Shown: positions 51,938 to 64,000 of the stretch, piece by piece
Numbering within the stretch: position 1 is the first letter of the stretch
Layout: every line of letters begins with the position of its first letter
DNA from: Mobula hypostoma
Taxonomy: Eukaryota
Reading direction: 5' to 3'
Length of the DNA stretch: 64,000 nt
Assembly (NCBI RefSeq): GCF_963921235.1
Contig: NC_086120.1
Span: 9,300,001 to 9,364,000, forward strand
Position numbers and translations under genes: made by a program
The notes under the pieces: generated by a model
Database searches by the model: none
Seen by the model: the letters and a program-made list of their open reading frames with translations, nothing else
What the model was told of the DNA's origin: nothing

Positions 51938-52790
51938 AACACACACAAAATGCTGGAGGAACTCAGCAGACCAGGCAGCATCTAATGATAAAAGTACAAT
52001 CAATGTTTCGGGCGTTCTGCAGGACTGGAGAAAAAAAAGCTGAGAAGTAGATTTGGAAGGTGAGGGGAGGGGAGAGAGAAGCACCAGGCGATAGGTGAAA
52101 CTTGGAGGAGAAAGGATGAAGCAAAGGGCTAGGAAGTTGATTGGTGAAAGAGACAAAAGGCCATGGAAAAAAGAAAAACCAGGGTGGGAGAGGAGCACCA
52201 GGGGGAGGCAATGGGTGGGCAAGGAGATAACATGAGAGAGGGACGATGGGATTGGAAATGGTGAAGGGGGGGGCATTACTGGAAGTTTGAGAAATCGATG
52301 TTCATGCCATCAGGTTGGAGGCTACCTAAATGGAATATAAGGTGTTGTTCCTCCAACATAAGTGTGGACTTATCCCAACAGTGGAGGAGGCCATGGATGG
52401 ACGTATCGGAATGGAAAGTGGAATTAAAATGGGTGGCCCTGGGAGATCCCACTTGTTCTGGCGGATGGAGCCTAGGTGCTCGGTGAAGTGGTCTCCCAAT
52501 CTATGTTGGGTCTCACCGATATACAAGAGGCCACACTGGGAACACCGAACACAGTATATGACCCCAACTGACCCACAGGTGATGTTGCCTCATCTGAAAG
52601 GACTGTTTGGGATCCTGAATGGTAGTGTAATCTACTCTTCAACACTTTTTCTCCAGTCCTGCTGAAGGTTTTCAGCCCGAAATGTCAACTGTACTTTTTT
52701 CCATAGATGCTGCCTGGCCTGCTGAGTTCCTCCAGCAGTTTGTGTGTGTTGCTCAGATTTCCAGCATCTGCAGATTTTCTCTTGTTTGTG
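51938..52790. mobile_element. Third Penelope fold-back insertion (diverged subfamily)
   Basis: TSD aagtagtgaggtagt/aagcagtgaggtaat (51923-51937/52791-52805). Minus-strand GIY-YIG remnant (YIGETQHRLGDHF) plus an inverted terminal repeat; degenerate hammerhead at 52655-52690. Confidence 0.75.
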
Positions 52791-52805
52791 AAGCAGTGAG
52801 GTAAT

Positions 52806-53470
52806 GTTCATGGTTCAATGTCCATTCAGATATCGAGTGGCAGAGAGGAAGAAGCTGTTCCTGAATCAGTGAGTGTGTGCTTTCAGGCTTCTGTACTTCC
52901 TCGCTTATGGTAGCAATGAGAAGAGGGTAGGTCCTGGGTGACGTGGGTCCTTAATGATGGACACTGCATTTTTGAGGCACTGCTCCTTGATGATGTCCTG
53001 GATAGTACAGAGGCTATTTCCCATGATGAAACTGACTAATTCACAACTCTCTGCAGCTTAGTTTGATCCTGTGCACTAGTAACCCCCTCCCCCCTCATGC
53101 CAGAAAGTGAGTTAGGTCCCCAGAGACATTAACATGCAGGACCTTGATCACTTCATAGAGGGACCACTTCTGATCCCTCTGAGGGCTGGTGTGTGTTCCC
53201 TCATCTTAACTTTTCTGAAGTCCACAATCAGTTCTTTGATCTTACTGACATTGAGAGCAAGGTTGTTGTTGCAACACCTCCTCATCACCATCGGAGATTC
53301 TACCAGCAATGAGTGTATCACCAGCAAATTTACAGCTGGCATTTGAGCTGTGTCTAGCCACACAGTCATGGGTATTGAGAGAGTAGAGCAGTGGGCTAAG
53401 CACACATCCCTGAGGTGTGCCAGTGAGGTGGAGATGTTATTTCCAATTCTCACAGATTGTGGTCTTTTGG
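52806..53470 (-). mobile_element. Rex1/Babar LINE RT fragment
   Basis: RIGNNIST..NNLALNVSKIKELIVDFRK; boundaries approximate. Confidence 0.7.
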
Positions 53471-53574
53471 TTAGGAAGTTTTAATAATTAATTAAATGCA
53501 ATAGTTAATTAAACTGTCGACCATAATGTGTATATCTGCTCTCTGAGATCAAGAGCTTCTGGTAGTGACATAAG

Positions 53575-53960
53575 TTGCCTGTCACTACTTCAATTGAACT
53601 CAGTTTTGTTTTCTTGTTTGGAGCTGCCCTGATAATGCACAGATCAAAGGAGGCCATGGTACAACTTCCTTGTAATACTTAGTCAGCCATTGTTTGGCAT
53701 TCCATTCATTCCTTCAATTGGTCCTATTGACTCTGGATGATGTGGGCTATAGTTCGACAAAGTTTATGACAAGGATTGTTTAGACCCAAAAGCTGGGTTA
53801 TCCAAAGCAAGGTTCGAGACATGGTATCAAACTGGATCTGAGCTCAAAACAAACACTAGATGATATCACGAGTAGGCTTACAATTGAGCACCAAATCACA
53901 GTTCAGGTGTTCCTTAGATACTTGATTCTTGGCACCCAAAACATGATTACCAATTAGTGG
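53575..53960 (-). mobile_element. ERV integrase core fragment
   Basis: HHPESIGPIEGMNG and IRAAPNKKTKLSSIEVVTG (different frames) resemble YHPQSSG.VERMNG and RSTPNRKTGLSP.EIVTG. Confidence 0.55.
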
Positions 53961-53989
53961 GACCATCCTGAACCCTCAAAGGCTATGCC

Positions 53990-56900
53990 AACTATCCGTG
54001 CTCCAGGGAGCTGGACCGTCTATATCCTGGAAGCTCAGAGAGATGGTCTTGGTCATCACGGATAAGAGCCAGTTCCAAGATGTGACTTTCAGGCACCCAG
54101 CACCTCTCCTCAGGTCTGAAGCCTTCCCAGTCCACGAGGTATTGTCAACCTCCCCGAACAGTACACAAGTCCAAATGTCTTCTCACTGTGAAGACCTATT
54201 CCCCTCGATAGACCTGGATGGCCGTGGGGCTGATGGTGGTGTGGCTAAGGGGCTGATGCAGACAGGTTTTAATATAGAGATGTGGAAGGTGGGATTGATC
54301 TTTAGCATCTTGGGGAGTTGCAAGGTGTAAGCCACCAGGCTTATGTTCCTCGGGACTTTGAAGAGGCCAATGAACTTGCGTGCCAACTTTCTTGCTTCCA
54401 CTCGGAGAGGCAAATCACGAGTGGACAGCTAGACTTGCTGCCCAGGCTATAAAGCCGGTCCCTGTCTTCTGTTTTGGTTCAACGTGGTCTCCGCTCTTCA
54501 GGCTGCATCCAGCAAAAGCTCTCACCCCAATCCATTTCTGCCTGCAGTTCTGGATGAGATCTTCTGCTGCAGGGGCACCACCCTTGGCCTCCCGTTCTGA
54601 CAAGAGAGGTGGAGGATAACTAAACAGGCATCAGCAGGTGACATCCCAGGTACCAAGTGCTGTAAGGTGTTGTGGGCGACCTCTGCCCACGTGAAATGGT
54701 TACACCACTTATCAGATCTTTCTGAGGTCAGGCATCTAAGTCTTTCTGAGGCCAGGCATCTAAGTCTTTCTGAGGCCAGGCGTCTAAGTCTTTCTGAGGC
54801 CAGGCATCTTACAGTACATTTTAAATCTTGGTTGATCCAATCCATCTGAACATTGGACTGCGGGTGAGACCCAGAGGAAAGGCTTGCTGTTGCCCCTATC
54901 AGTTGACAGAACATCCTCCAGAAATGGGATGTGAATTGTGGACCATGATCCGAGACAATGTCCACTGGGAAACCATGGCTCCTGAGGACCTGGTCCAGGT
55001 CAATTTTGGCCATCTCCACTGCAGACATAGTCTCTCTAAGGCAATGAATTTGCAGGCTTTCAAAAACCAATTGACAATTACCATGATAGCCGACCCTCTC
55101 GGAAGGTGGGAGACCCGTGACCAAGTTCTTGGGGCTGTGTGCCCAAGGTGGAACGGGTAGAGAGTGGGGGAGCCCTTGGGGTGGAGTACAGGTTCCTTGT
55201 TCTGAGCATACACCTCACAAGCCTGCACGTATTGCCAACCCTCTTTCATCATTCCAGGCCAGCAATACCCCCTCTTGATAAATTCGAGTGTCCTGGCTAT
55301 CACTGGGAGAGCAGCCATTCTCGATGAACATCCCCATTGGAGAGCCTGGGGCCAGGCAGAACTTGGGACCAACAGCCAACCCGGAGGACTGTTCCGAGGA
55401 ATCTCTACTTGTGCTTGGGCCCTGCAGACAAGAGCATCAATTCCCCAATGAATTGGCACTACCACCTTGGCTTGAGGCCAAGTTGTGGTAGGTTGCTCCA
55501 CCTATTCTGGTTTGTCAAACTGAAGGGACAGGGCATCTGGCTTTTGTTTCTTCGACCCCGGTCGACAGGTCAGGATGAAATCAAAGCGGTTAAAGAGCAA
55601 ACACCACTGGGCCTGCATGGAGTTCAGCCTCTTGGCCTCCTGAATATAGGCCAGGCTCTTGTGGTCGGTCCAAATGATAAAAGGGTTCTTGGCCCCCCTC
55701 AAGCCAGTGATGCCATTCCTCCAAGAAGCTTAACTGCAAGAAGCTCCCGATTCCCGATGTCATAGTTCCTCTCTGTCAGGGATAGCCGCCTGGAGAAGAA
55801 TGCACACAGATGCAGTTTACTGTCTGAAGGTGGTCCTTGAGACAAGATGGCACCCACTCCAATGTTTGAGGCATCCACCTTCACAATGAAGGGAAAGTCC
55901 AGACTAGGAGAAACCAAGATGGGAGCTGTTGTGAACCATCATCTAAGCTCTGCAAAAACAACCTCCGCTTCAATCGTCCAGACAAAAGACCCAAGGATTT
56001 CTTAATTAGCGCTATCAGTGGGGCTGCTACTGAGCTGAATTTCCAGTAGAAGTTTGCAAACCCCAGGAATTGCTGGACTTGTTTGATGCTGTAATGTGGC
56101 GGCCAGTCTCTGACTGGGTAGGACCCATGTTGGGATTGCCACTGGAGATGATGAAGTCCAAAAATGCAACAGTCGTCACATGAAACTCAGACTTGTCCAA
56201 CTTGACATAAGGTCCATGGTGTAGAAGCAAGTAGTCGAAGGCCTACTTGTGGAAAGCATCCCGAAGCACATCATTTATAAAGGACTGGAAAACGACTGAA
56301 GTGTTTGCAAGGTCGAAGGGCATAACCAGGTACTCGTTGTGCCTTGTCGATGTATTGAATGCAGCCTTCCCTAATATGGACCAGATTGTAAGCCCTCAGT
56401 AGGTCTACTTCTGTGAATACTCTCACTCCTTGTACCATCTTGAAAACCGTGTTCATGAGTGGAAGGGGGCTGTGATTTTTTGCTGTTTTGCAGGTTAATC
56501 CCATCTTTCTTTTGCACGAAGAAGAAGCCCGCACTGGCGGGTGAGGTGGAGGGCTGAATGAAGCCCATGGTATCTCTCTGGGCCTGAAAGTATGTACAAT
56601 CGACCCTGCAAGGGATAAGCACTGGGCAACAGGTCTATAGCACAGTCGTAGGATCATTGCAGTGGAAGAGTTGAGGTCTTTTCCTTGCTGAAGCCTTCCT
56701 CCAAGTCCCTGTAGACAGAAGGGATTTTGACCAGTTTGGATGCTGCTATCTCCTGCAGTTCTTTCTTCAAGGGTGACTCCTGAGGCTTCTTAGGTGACAG
56801 GGGTGATTTGACAGATCTTGGAGTCCTCTCTCTGAGCTCACAAAGTTCATTTGTAGAAACAGAGTCCAAATCCCCGTCTGTATCATCAGGCATTGGCAGT

Positions 56901-57230
56901 GAGGTGTTACAGACTGTTCTTGCACCCCCCGTGCGCCCCCACCCCCATGCCCAGGAATATGCTTCAAGGATCAGCCTAAAGGAGTCTTTACCTCCCTTGA
57001 GACCTGGTGGCTGGATTCCTCAAGTTTAGCGGCAAGTTTCCCGGACTGTTCAGGCATCTCCTTGGGCCTCTCCTGAACTACAGAGTCCCTCTCTCCAGCT
57101 CCAGTGGGATCCCAAGGAGACTATGTTGGGACTCACACAGATCCATTGGCTGGAATTGGCCTTTCCACTCTTGAGGGAAGGACTAGGTCTCCAGAAGGTC
57201 TCGGGTTCCCTCGCACTAAAGGCTGCCCCT
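53990..57230 (-). mobile_element. Chromoviral Gypsy pol remnant (RT-RNase H-integrase-chromodomain), no LTRs seen
   Basis: FTEVDLLRAYNLVHIREG; [34 protein letters not shown]; HGFPVDIVSDHGPQFTS; chromodomain [19 protein letters not shown] at ~54090-54150. Confidence 0.88.
54717..54809. repeat. 24-bp tandem repeat, ~3.9 copies, in frame in the integrase
   Basis: Unit TCTTTCTGAGGCCAGGCATCTAAG; reads LRCLASER on the minus strand. Confidence 0.95.
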
Positions 57231-57469
57231 TTATTGATCATTGATCATGGGTCAAAACACCACACCACAAACAAACCTTTTAACAATGACTGAACCAGTC
57301 AATGATTGTCCTCTCCCTCCAGTCTGTGGATAGGTTATGCTGGGACAGCCAAGGGTACCCAGGGATCAGGGGTACGAGTAGAAAGTCAATAACGTAAAAA
57401 CTACTGCCATCCACATATCCCCCTATCCTCATCTGCAGAGCCACAGTCTGGAATCAACGAGGGATGCTC

Positions 57470-59490
57470 AACAGCTTTGGCAGGGTTTGAATGCCATAAC
57501 CTCCTACAAAGTTAAATCTAGCTACATGAGGGACAGCAGAGCCCCGCTTCCAGATGAGCTCAATGCCTTCTATGCTCAGTTTGACCTCCAGAAGAGGGAG
57601 GAGCCTTCACGCACCCCACGTCTCCCGATGATCCTTTGGTCAGAGTATCTGAAGATGTGTGCAGGCTGCCTTCAAAAGAGTGAATCCAAGGAAAGCATCT
57701 GGTCCAGACAGAGTTCCTGGCTGAGGATTGAAGACCTGGGCTATCCAACTGGCTGGTGTGTTCATAGATATCTTCAACCTCTCGATCCAGCAGTGTGTGG
57801 TACCCACCTGCTTCAAGCAGGGTTCAATCATACTGCTGCCCAACAAGAGCGTGGTGACCTGTCTCAATGACAATTGCCCAGTGGCACTTGCACCCACAGT
57901 AATAAAGTGCTTTAAGAGGCTGATGTTGAAGCATATCAACTTCTGTCTGAGTAGCAACTTGGATCCGCTCCAATCTGCCTGCAACATGTCTACAGCAGGT
58001 GCTATCTCATTGACTTTTCAAACAACAATGAAACATCTGGATGCTCTTTATCAATCACAGCTCTGCATTTAACACCATCGTCCCCTCAAAACTAATCAGT
58101 AAACTCCAAGACCTGGGCCTCAATACCTCCTTGTGCAATTGGATCCTGGATTTCCTGACTTGTAGACCCCAGTATATTCAGATCGGCAAAAACATCTTCT
58201 CCACAATCTCCATCAGCACAGGAGCAAACCAGGGATGTGTGCTTAGCACCCCGCTCGACTTGCTTTACACCTACGACAGTGTGGCTAAGTACAACTCCAA
58301 CACCATATTCAAGTTCATTGATGACACCACTGTTGTGGGCCATGTTAAAGGTAGTGATAAGTCAGCATATGGGAGGGAGTTTGAAAATTTGGCTGAAGAT
58401 GTCATAACAACCTCTCACTCAATGTCAGCAAGACCAAGGAACTGATTGTAGACCTCAGGAGGGGGAAACCAGAGGTCTATGAGCCAGTACTCATTAGAGG
58501 AGCGGAGCTGGAGAGGGTCAGTAACTTTAAATTCCTGGGTGTCACTATCTCAGAGGGTCTGTCCTGGACCCATCATATAAATGTGATTGCAAAGAAAGTA
58601 CAACAGCGCCTCCACTTCCTCAGGAGTCTGCGGAGATCGGGCATGTCATCAAAAACCTTAACAAACTTCTGTAGATGTGTATTGACTGGCCCGTTATGGG
58701 AACACCAATGCCTTTGAGCAAAAAATCCTCCAAAAGGTGGTGGAGTACATCATGGGTATAGATCTCCCAACTATTGAGAGCATCTACATGAAACACTGTC
58801 GTAAAAAAGCAGCATCTATCGAACATCCTCACCACGCATGCCATGCGCTTTTCTTGCTGCTATCATCAGGTAGAAAATACAAGTACCACAGGACTCAATC
58901 CACCAGGTTCGAGAACATTTCTTCGGCTGTCCATCGATTTTTGATGTTGACTGAGGCCTGGGCCAGGTTGTATGGAAGACCGACAGTTGCCCATGCTGCA
59001 AGTCTCCCCTCTCCATGCCACCGATGTTGTCCAAGGGAAGGGCACTAGGACCCACACAGCTTGGCACCAGTGTCGTTGCAGAGCAATGTGTGGTTAAGTG
59101 CCTTGCTCAAGGACACAACATGTTGCCTCAGCTGAGGCTCGAACTAGCAACCTTCAGATTACTAGACCAATGCCTTAACCGCTTGCCACATGCCACAAAC
59201 AGTTACTACCCCTCAACCATCAGGCTTGTGAACAAAAGAAGATAACTTCACTCATTCTACTTCTGGTGCTCCCACAACCAACAATCCCACTTTAAGGACT
59301 CTTTATTTTGTTATTTCATGCTTTCATTATTTAATGCTATTTATGAATATTTGTATTTGCATAGTTTGTTGTCCATTGATCCTGTTTACAGTTACCGTTC
59401 TATAGATTTGCTGAGTATGCCCGCAGGAAAAAGAATCTCAGGGTTGTATGCAACAACATGTATGTATTCTGATAATAAATTTTACTTTCA
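57470..59490 (+). mobile_element. Rex1/Babar LINE, 5'-truncated and degraded
   Basis: LPDELNAFYAQFD; QLAGVFIDIFNLS..PVALAPTVIKCF; [27 protein letters not shown]; boundaries approximate. Confidence 0.85.
58941..59196 (-). mobile_element. tRNA-derived SINE (V-SINE-like)
   Basis: Minus strand: A-box tggcaagcggttaagg, B-box ctagttcgagcc, then gtgtccttgagcaaggcacttaacc. Confidence 0.65.
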
Positions 59491-59554
59491 ACCTTGTTTG
59501 TTTTCTGGCATCTCCTACATCTCTCAATTGTTTGACAAGCCTGCATCCTGAACT

Positions 59555-60500
59555 TCAGATTCCACCAAATTGAGAGAATGTATCAACCATGTTTTGAACT
59601 CCAATGTGTCCTAAGGAGTATATCTGCTGTGACAGATAAGGATGCAGCTCAGCTGGGGTCACCAGTCTATGACTGGTGCCGTAATTCCATACTCCATCGT
59701 CATTTAATAACCCACCATTTTCCATCCAGTACCACTTCTCTTCATTGGAGGACTGATGTTGCATTTCCTGAATACCTTGCATGTTCATCTGTGATACAGT
59801 GTTTAACTTGGTTTCCATGGTTTCAGTTACCAAGGTTTCTTCCACTTCTTTGATTTTCTTTATTCCTTCTTTTGCAGGTTTGTCTAGAAGTGCATTTCCT
59901 TGGCTTTCCATTGTAGTCATTTTAGAGCACAACCCTTACATTTTAATACTGTAACTTCTGATGGTAGATGTATGGTGGTGCAATGGCATCAGCGCCGGAC
60001 TCCAGAGCGAAGGCTCCCGAGTTCGAATCCAAGTCGCCCCCCACCCCCCCCCCCCCGCCCAAGCACGCTTTCCATCCGTGCTGGGTTGAACATCCAGCTA
60101 GCCACTCGGCCTCAGGAAAAAAAAGGGTCGAGTCAGGAACGTTCATATCGTGACCCGGTTAATCCGAAAGGAGACCAACCCTGACACTACGTGCCGGACA
60201 AGAATGGCTGACTGTCTGGTGCGACACGCTAAAAAAAAATTGTGCTTTGCATTCCCGAGGGCAAGATCATCGAGCAAATAAAGTGCATCACGTTTGTTTC
60301 CAACTAGTAAATCAACATATTGCTGTGAGATGCAGTTCCACTTTTCTATTGGTTAGCAGGTGTGGAAATATATCTGGAACCCTGAATTCTTTATGAATTT
60401 ATAACGTTTCTAAAACATAATGTGACAAAATGGAATGGAACCTGTGTGATCCAGAGAACTTTGTTAGTTAACTGGTTTGGATGGAGGCTTATAGGAAGTT
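59555..60500 (-). mobile_element. ERV pol fragments (RT, RNase H, integrase Zn finger), split by a SINE
   Basis: QYVD-LLVG..DALYLL at ~60260-60330; LPSEVTVLKCKG..ESQGNALLDKPAKE; GVW..LVTPAELHPYLSQQIYSLGHIG. Confidence 0.6.
59968..60239 (+). mobile_element. tRNA-Trp-derived SINE with poly-A tail
   Basis: A-box TGGTGCAATGG 59976-59986, anticodon-loop-like GACTCCAGA, B-box AGTTCGAATCC 60020-60030, A9 at 60231-60239. Confidence 0.7.
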
Positions 60501-60734
60501 ACCTGTGTGCTTTATGACAGGGGATGTGTGTTTTATGTCTGAGGTGATTTTTTGAAAACAGAGAAAAACAAGACACAGCTTTCATGGGGAAGAAGCCTCT
60601 AAAGATAAACGGATTGATTGAAGAATAAATTGCACGAACCATTCTCCCTCTATCTCTCGTTGGTGGGGAGAGTTTGCTGCCGATTCCCAAGTTGCACAAC
60701 TCGAAAAGAAACAACACATCAGACTTCAACATGG

Positions 60735-61090
60735 AAAATCAGTGAGTTGTTTTTTGCTGTTGGTCTCCCCTCTCTCTGAGTGACAACTCTGTGCCCCTTT
60801 TTGTGATTCATGAACAAGCATTCCCAAGTCCCTCTGCACAGCAGAATGCTGCAATCTTTCACCATTTAAATAATAATCTGCTCTTCTATTATTCCTTCCA
60901 AAGTGAATAATCTCACATTTACCAATGTTGTATTCCATCTGTCAGATCTTGGCCCACTCACTTAACTTATCTACAACCCTCTGCAGACTCTCCACATCCT
61001 CTGTATAATTTGCTTTTCCACTCAGTTTAGTGTCATCAGCAAATTTTGCTCACTACGTTCAATCCCTTCTTCCAAATCACCAATGTAAAT
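60735..61090 (-). mobile_element. CR1 RT fragment
   Basis: MEYNIGKCEIIHFGRNN..LNGERLQ..QRDLGMLVH. Confidence 0.8.
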
Positions 61091-61099
61091 GGTTCGAAG

Positions 61100-63717
61100 C
61101 AAGAAGGCTGCGAGTGGAACGGCTAGGGATTTCCGGAGCAAAGACATTTTACTACTCAGGGTAGAGAGAGGCAAGACTGCGCAGGTGCATGACGTCAGCC
61201 AGTAGAGCAGGAAAAGTTTAAAAAGAAGACTGCCTTATCCAGCGGGCAGCGTTTGGAGTGGGCAATGGAGTGAGAGAGTAGCAGAGTGAGAGGGCTTTGG
61301 CTCAACAGGCTTAGACGGTAACAGGACAAGGTGAGATAGGTTTACCTGTGTTAATTGCGGAAAGGAAGTATGTGTGAGAGGCCGGTGTTCAGTGTTCGAT
61401 GTCAGATGTGGGAGATCCTGGAGTCTACCAGCTTCTCGGACAGCCACATCTGCACCAGGTGTGTCGAGCTACAGCTCCTAAGGCAGGGGTCCCCAACCTT
61501 TTTTTGCACTGCGGACCGGTTTCACATTGACAATGTTCTTGCGGACCGGCCGACCAAGGGGTGGGTGGGGGGAGTAGGGTTGCCAACGGACAAGAGTAGC
61601 AGTCAAACATTGGGTTTACCCCGGGAAAGACTACAATGACCATGAAGCCTTGCACGGGTACCAGTCCGCGTGCGTGACTTGCGCATGTGTGTTCGTGCCA
61701 ATTTTTTTCTTCCTTTTTTTGGGCGATTCTGTTTTGGGGGGGTGTTAATCTCGACTGCAATATAGGTGATAAGTGGCTAATACACTCAAATTCGTTCCTC
61801 AAACGGTTTATCTAACGAATTTAATATTAAACACACAGAGCATATTTTTCTCGCATGAATATAGCGATGTCAATTATCAGGGGAGGACAGGGGAGCTTGA
61901 AGTAAGTGTTGAACGAACTTCCAGTAGAAGTGCTTAGAGGCAGGTTCAATATTATCATTTAATGAAAAATTTGATAGGTATATGGACAGGAAAGGAAGGG
62001 AGGGTTATGGGCTGAGTGCAGGTCAGTGGGACTAGGTGAGAGTAACGTTCAGCACGGACTAGAAGGGCCGAGATCACCTGTTTCCGTGCTGTAAGTGTTA
62101 TATGGTTATATAAGTCAATAGCATCATAACATTTTAAGTAACATTTGGATATTAACCACACAGCACATATTTTCCCCGTATGAACATATAAAATCATTGC
62201 AACACACCAATATTGCTGAATCAATGGAAACCCCAGACTTGTTTTCCTGCAACAAGACGGTCCCATCGAGGGGTGATGGGAGACAGCGATACTCGAAGGG
62301 GGTTCCTTATGTCAGTCTATTCTGCAATTTAGTTTTCGTTGTATTCATTGCAGAAATATGTTGGAAATGGAAACAATGTTTTCAGTGCTTTCGTGGCTAT
62401 CTCAGGATATTTAGCCTAGACTTTGATCCGGAATGCCGGCAGAGATGTTATGTCAAACATACTTTTTAGCCCGCCGTCATTTGCAAGCTCGAGGAGTTGA
62501 TCTTCTTCCCGTGCTGACATGGATGACGCGCAGGTCATGACCTCACGTGTGTTCAAGCTCAACAGTGGGCGTGTCAGGGAATGAGGAAAGGTGCAGCTGA
62601 CTCTTATCACCAAAATCATATCGTTTCCTCGCGGACCAGTAGCACATGCTTTGCGGCCCGGTGGTTGGGGACCGCCGTCCTAAGGGACCGCATTAGGGAA
62701 CTGGAAGTGTGGCTCGATGACCTTCGTCTGGTCAGGGAGAGCGAGGAGGTGACAGAAAGGAGTTATAGGCTGGTGGTCACACTGGGGCCATGGGAGACAG
62801 ACAAGTGGGTAATAGTCAGGACAGGGAAGGGGAAGAGTCATGTACTAGAGAGTACCCCTGTGGCTGTACCCCTGAACAATAAGTACTCCTGTTTGAGTGC
62901 TGTTGGAGGGATGGCCTACCTGGGGGAAGCAACAGTGGCACAGAGTCTGGTCTGTGGCTCAGAAGGGTAGGAAAAGGAAAAAGATGGCAGCTGTGATAGG
63001 GGAGTTAGGAGGTCAGACAGGCAATTCTGTGGACGCAGGAAAGAAACTCGGATGGTAGTTTGCCTCCCCGGTGCCAAGTTCCGGGATGTTTCAGATCACG
63101 TCCAAGATATCCTGCAGAGGGAGGGAGAACAGCCAGAGGTCGTGGTACATATTGGTACCAATGACATAGGGAGGAAAAGGCAAGAAGTCCTGAAAACAGA
63201 CTACAGGGAGTTAGGAAGGAAGTTGAGAAGCAGGAGCACAAAGGTAGTCATCTCGGGATTACTGCTGTGCCACGTGACAATGAGTATAGGATTACAATGA
63301 GGTCGAGGATACAGCAGGGGCAGGGATTCGGATTTCTGGATCATTGGGACCTCTTTTGGGACAGGTGTGACCTGTACAAAAAGGACAGGTTGCATTTGAA
63401 TCCCAGGGGGACCAATATCCTGGCGAGGAGGTTTGCGAAGGCTACTGGGGAGAGTTTAATCCAGAATTGTCGGGGGGTGGGAACGGAACTGAAGAGACTG
63501 GGGAAGAGGTGGATGGCTCACAAGTAGAGAAAGCTTGGAGACAGTGTGTGAGGGAGGATAGGCATGTGATAGAGAAGGGACGCGCTCAGACCGACAGTTT
63601 GAGATGTGTCTATTTTAACGCAAAGAGTATTGTGAACAAAGCGGATGAGCTTAGAGCATGGATCAGTACTTGGAGCTATGACGTTGTAGTCATTACAGAG
63701 ACTTGGATGGCTCAGGG
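61100..63717 (+). mobile_element. CR1 LINE 5' portion (5'UTR, ORF1 Zn-finger/esterase, start of ORF2 endonuclease)
   Basis: CQMWE..HICTRCVELQLL|RDRIRELEVWLDDL; VVCLPGAKFRDV..VVVHIGTNDIG (SGNH-like); YFNAKSIVNKADEL..DVVVITETW. The 5' boundary is approximate. Confidence 0.88.
61484..62677 (-). mobile_element. Second Charlie-type hAT deletion derivative
   Basis: TIRs CAGGGGTCCCCAACC / GGTTGGGGACCGCCG; perfect 8-bp TSD TCCTAAGG; transposase remnant EEDQLLELANDGGLKSMFDITSL shared with 16935-18575. Confidence 0.92.
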
Positions 63718-64000
63718 TGTCACAATAGCTGGGCATTGGGAGCAAGGGTGGACCCAAATGCAAGACACATCTTGTGAGGTTACTTAGATTTAGTTTATTG
63801 CTCAATACCAGGAGAGCAAGGCAGGAGCAGGAAATAGCGAACTGGACAAGGACTGAGGACTACGACTAGGCTGGGACCAAGGGTCTGGGCTTGGACTCGG
63901 AATCGGCTCCCAGAACTAGAGGAGACATGAAGAGGCTAGGGTGTGGACTCTGAGCCAGGGACTGGGCAAGGACCCAGTACCTGGCTCTTGCCTCAGGCTC
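63718..64000 (-). mobile_element. LTR related to the 8682-12741 solo LTR (runs off the window)
   Basis: The reverse complement has gtgtcttgcatttgggtcc...ACA and ctgggtccttgcccagtc.ctggctc as in 12400-12741; it interrupts CR1 ORF2. Confidence 0.75.

Noticed and set aside
54717-54809. CRISPR-like 24-bp repeats
   Set aside because: Head-to-tail with no spacers, in a eukaryotic retrotransposon.
59968-60035. Functional tRNA-Trp gene
   Set aside because: The acceptor and anticodon stems do not pair properly, and it continues into a ~200-bp body with poly-A: a SINE head.

Overview
This is vertebrate genomic DNA, almost certainly from a cartilaginous fish; that is inferred from the cluster-type immunoglobulin light-chain genes and the repeat families. 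The first ~7.5 kb hold two tandem copies, ~4.5 kb apart, of a very compact Ig light-chain unit that most resembles the sigma isotype. Copy 1 shows only its J-C intron and C exon; its V/J presumably lies upstream of the window. Copy 2 has a promoter, a leader exon, a V already fused to J with no RSS, and a C exon, but carries three 1-bp indels. The remaining ~56 kb are almost entirely transposable elements, deeply nested, and many insertions can be bounded exactly by target-site duplications (TSDs). They include two L1s, a Tx1-like L1, a Gypsy with PNMA-like gag and both LTRs, a chromoviral Gypsy, solo LTRs, Charlie-type hAT, Tigger, RTE, Rex1/Babar, CR1, tRNA-derived SINEs and scattered ERV pol pieces. 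Several Penelope (GIY-YIG) copies have 3' repeats carrying minimal type-I hammerhead ribozymes, and three of them form fold-back insertions. Coordinates of TSD-bounded elements were counted by hand; other repeat boundaries are approximate.
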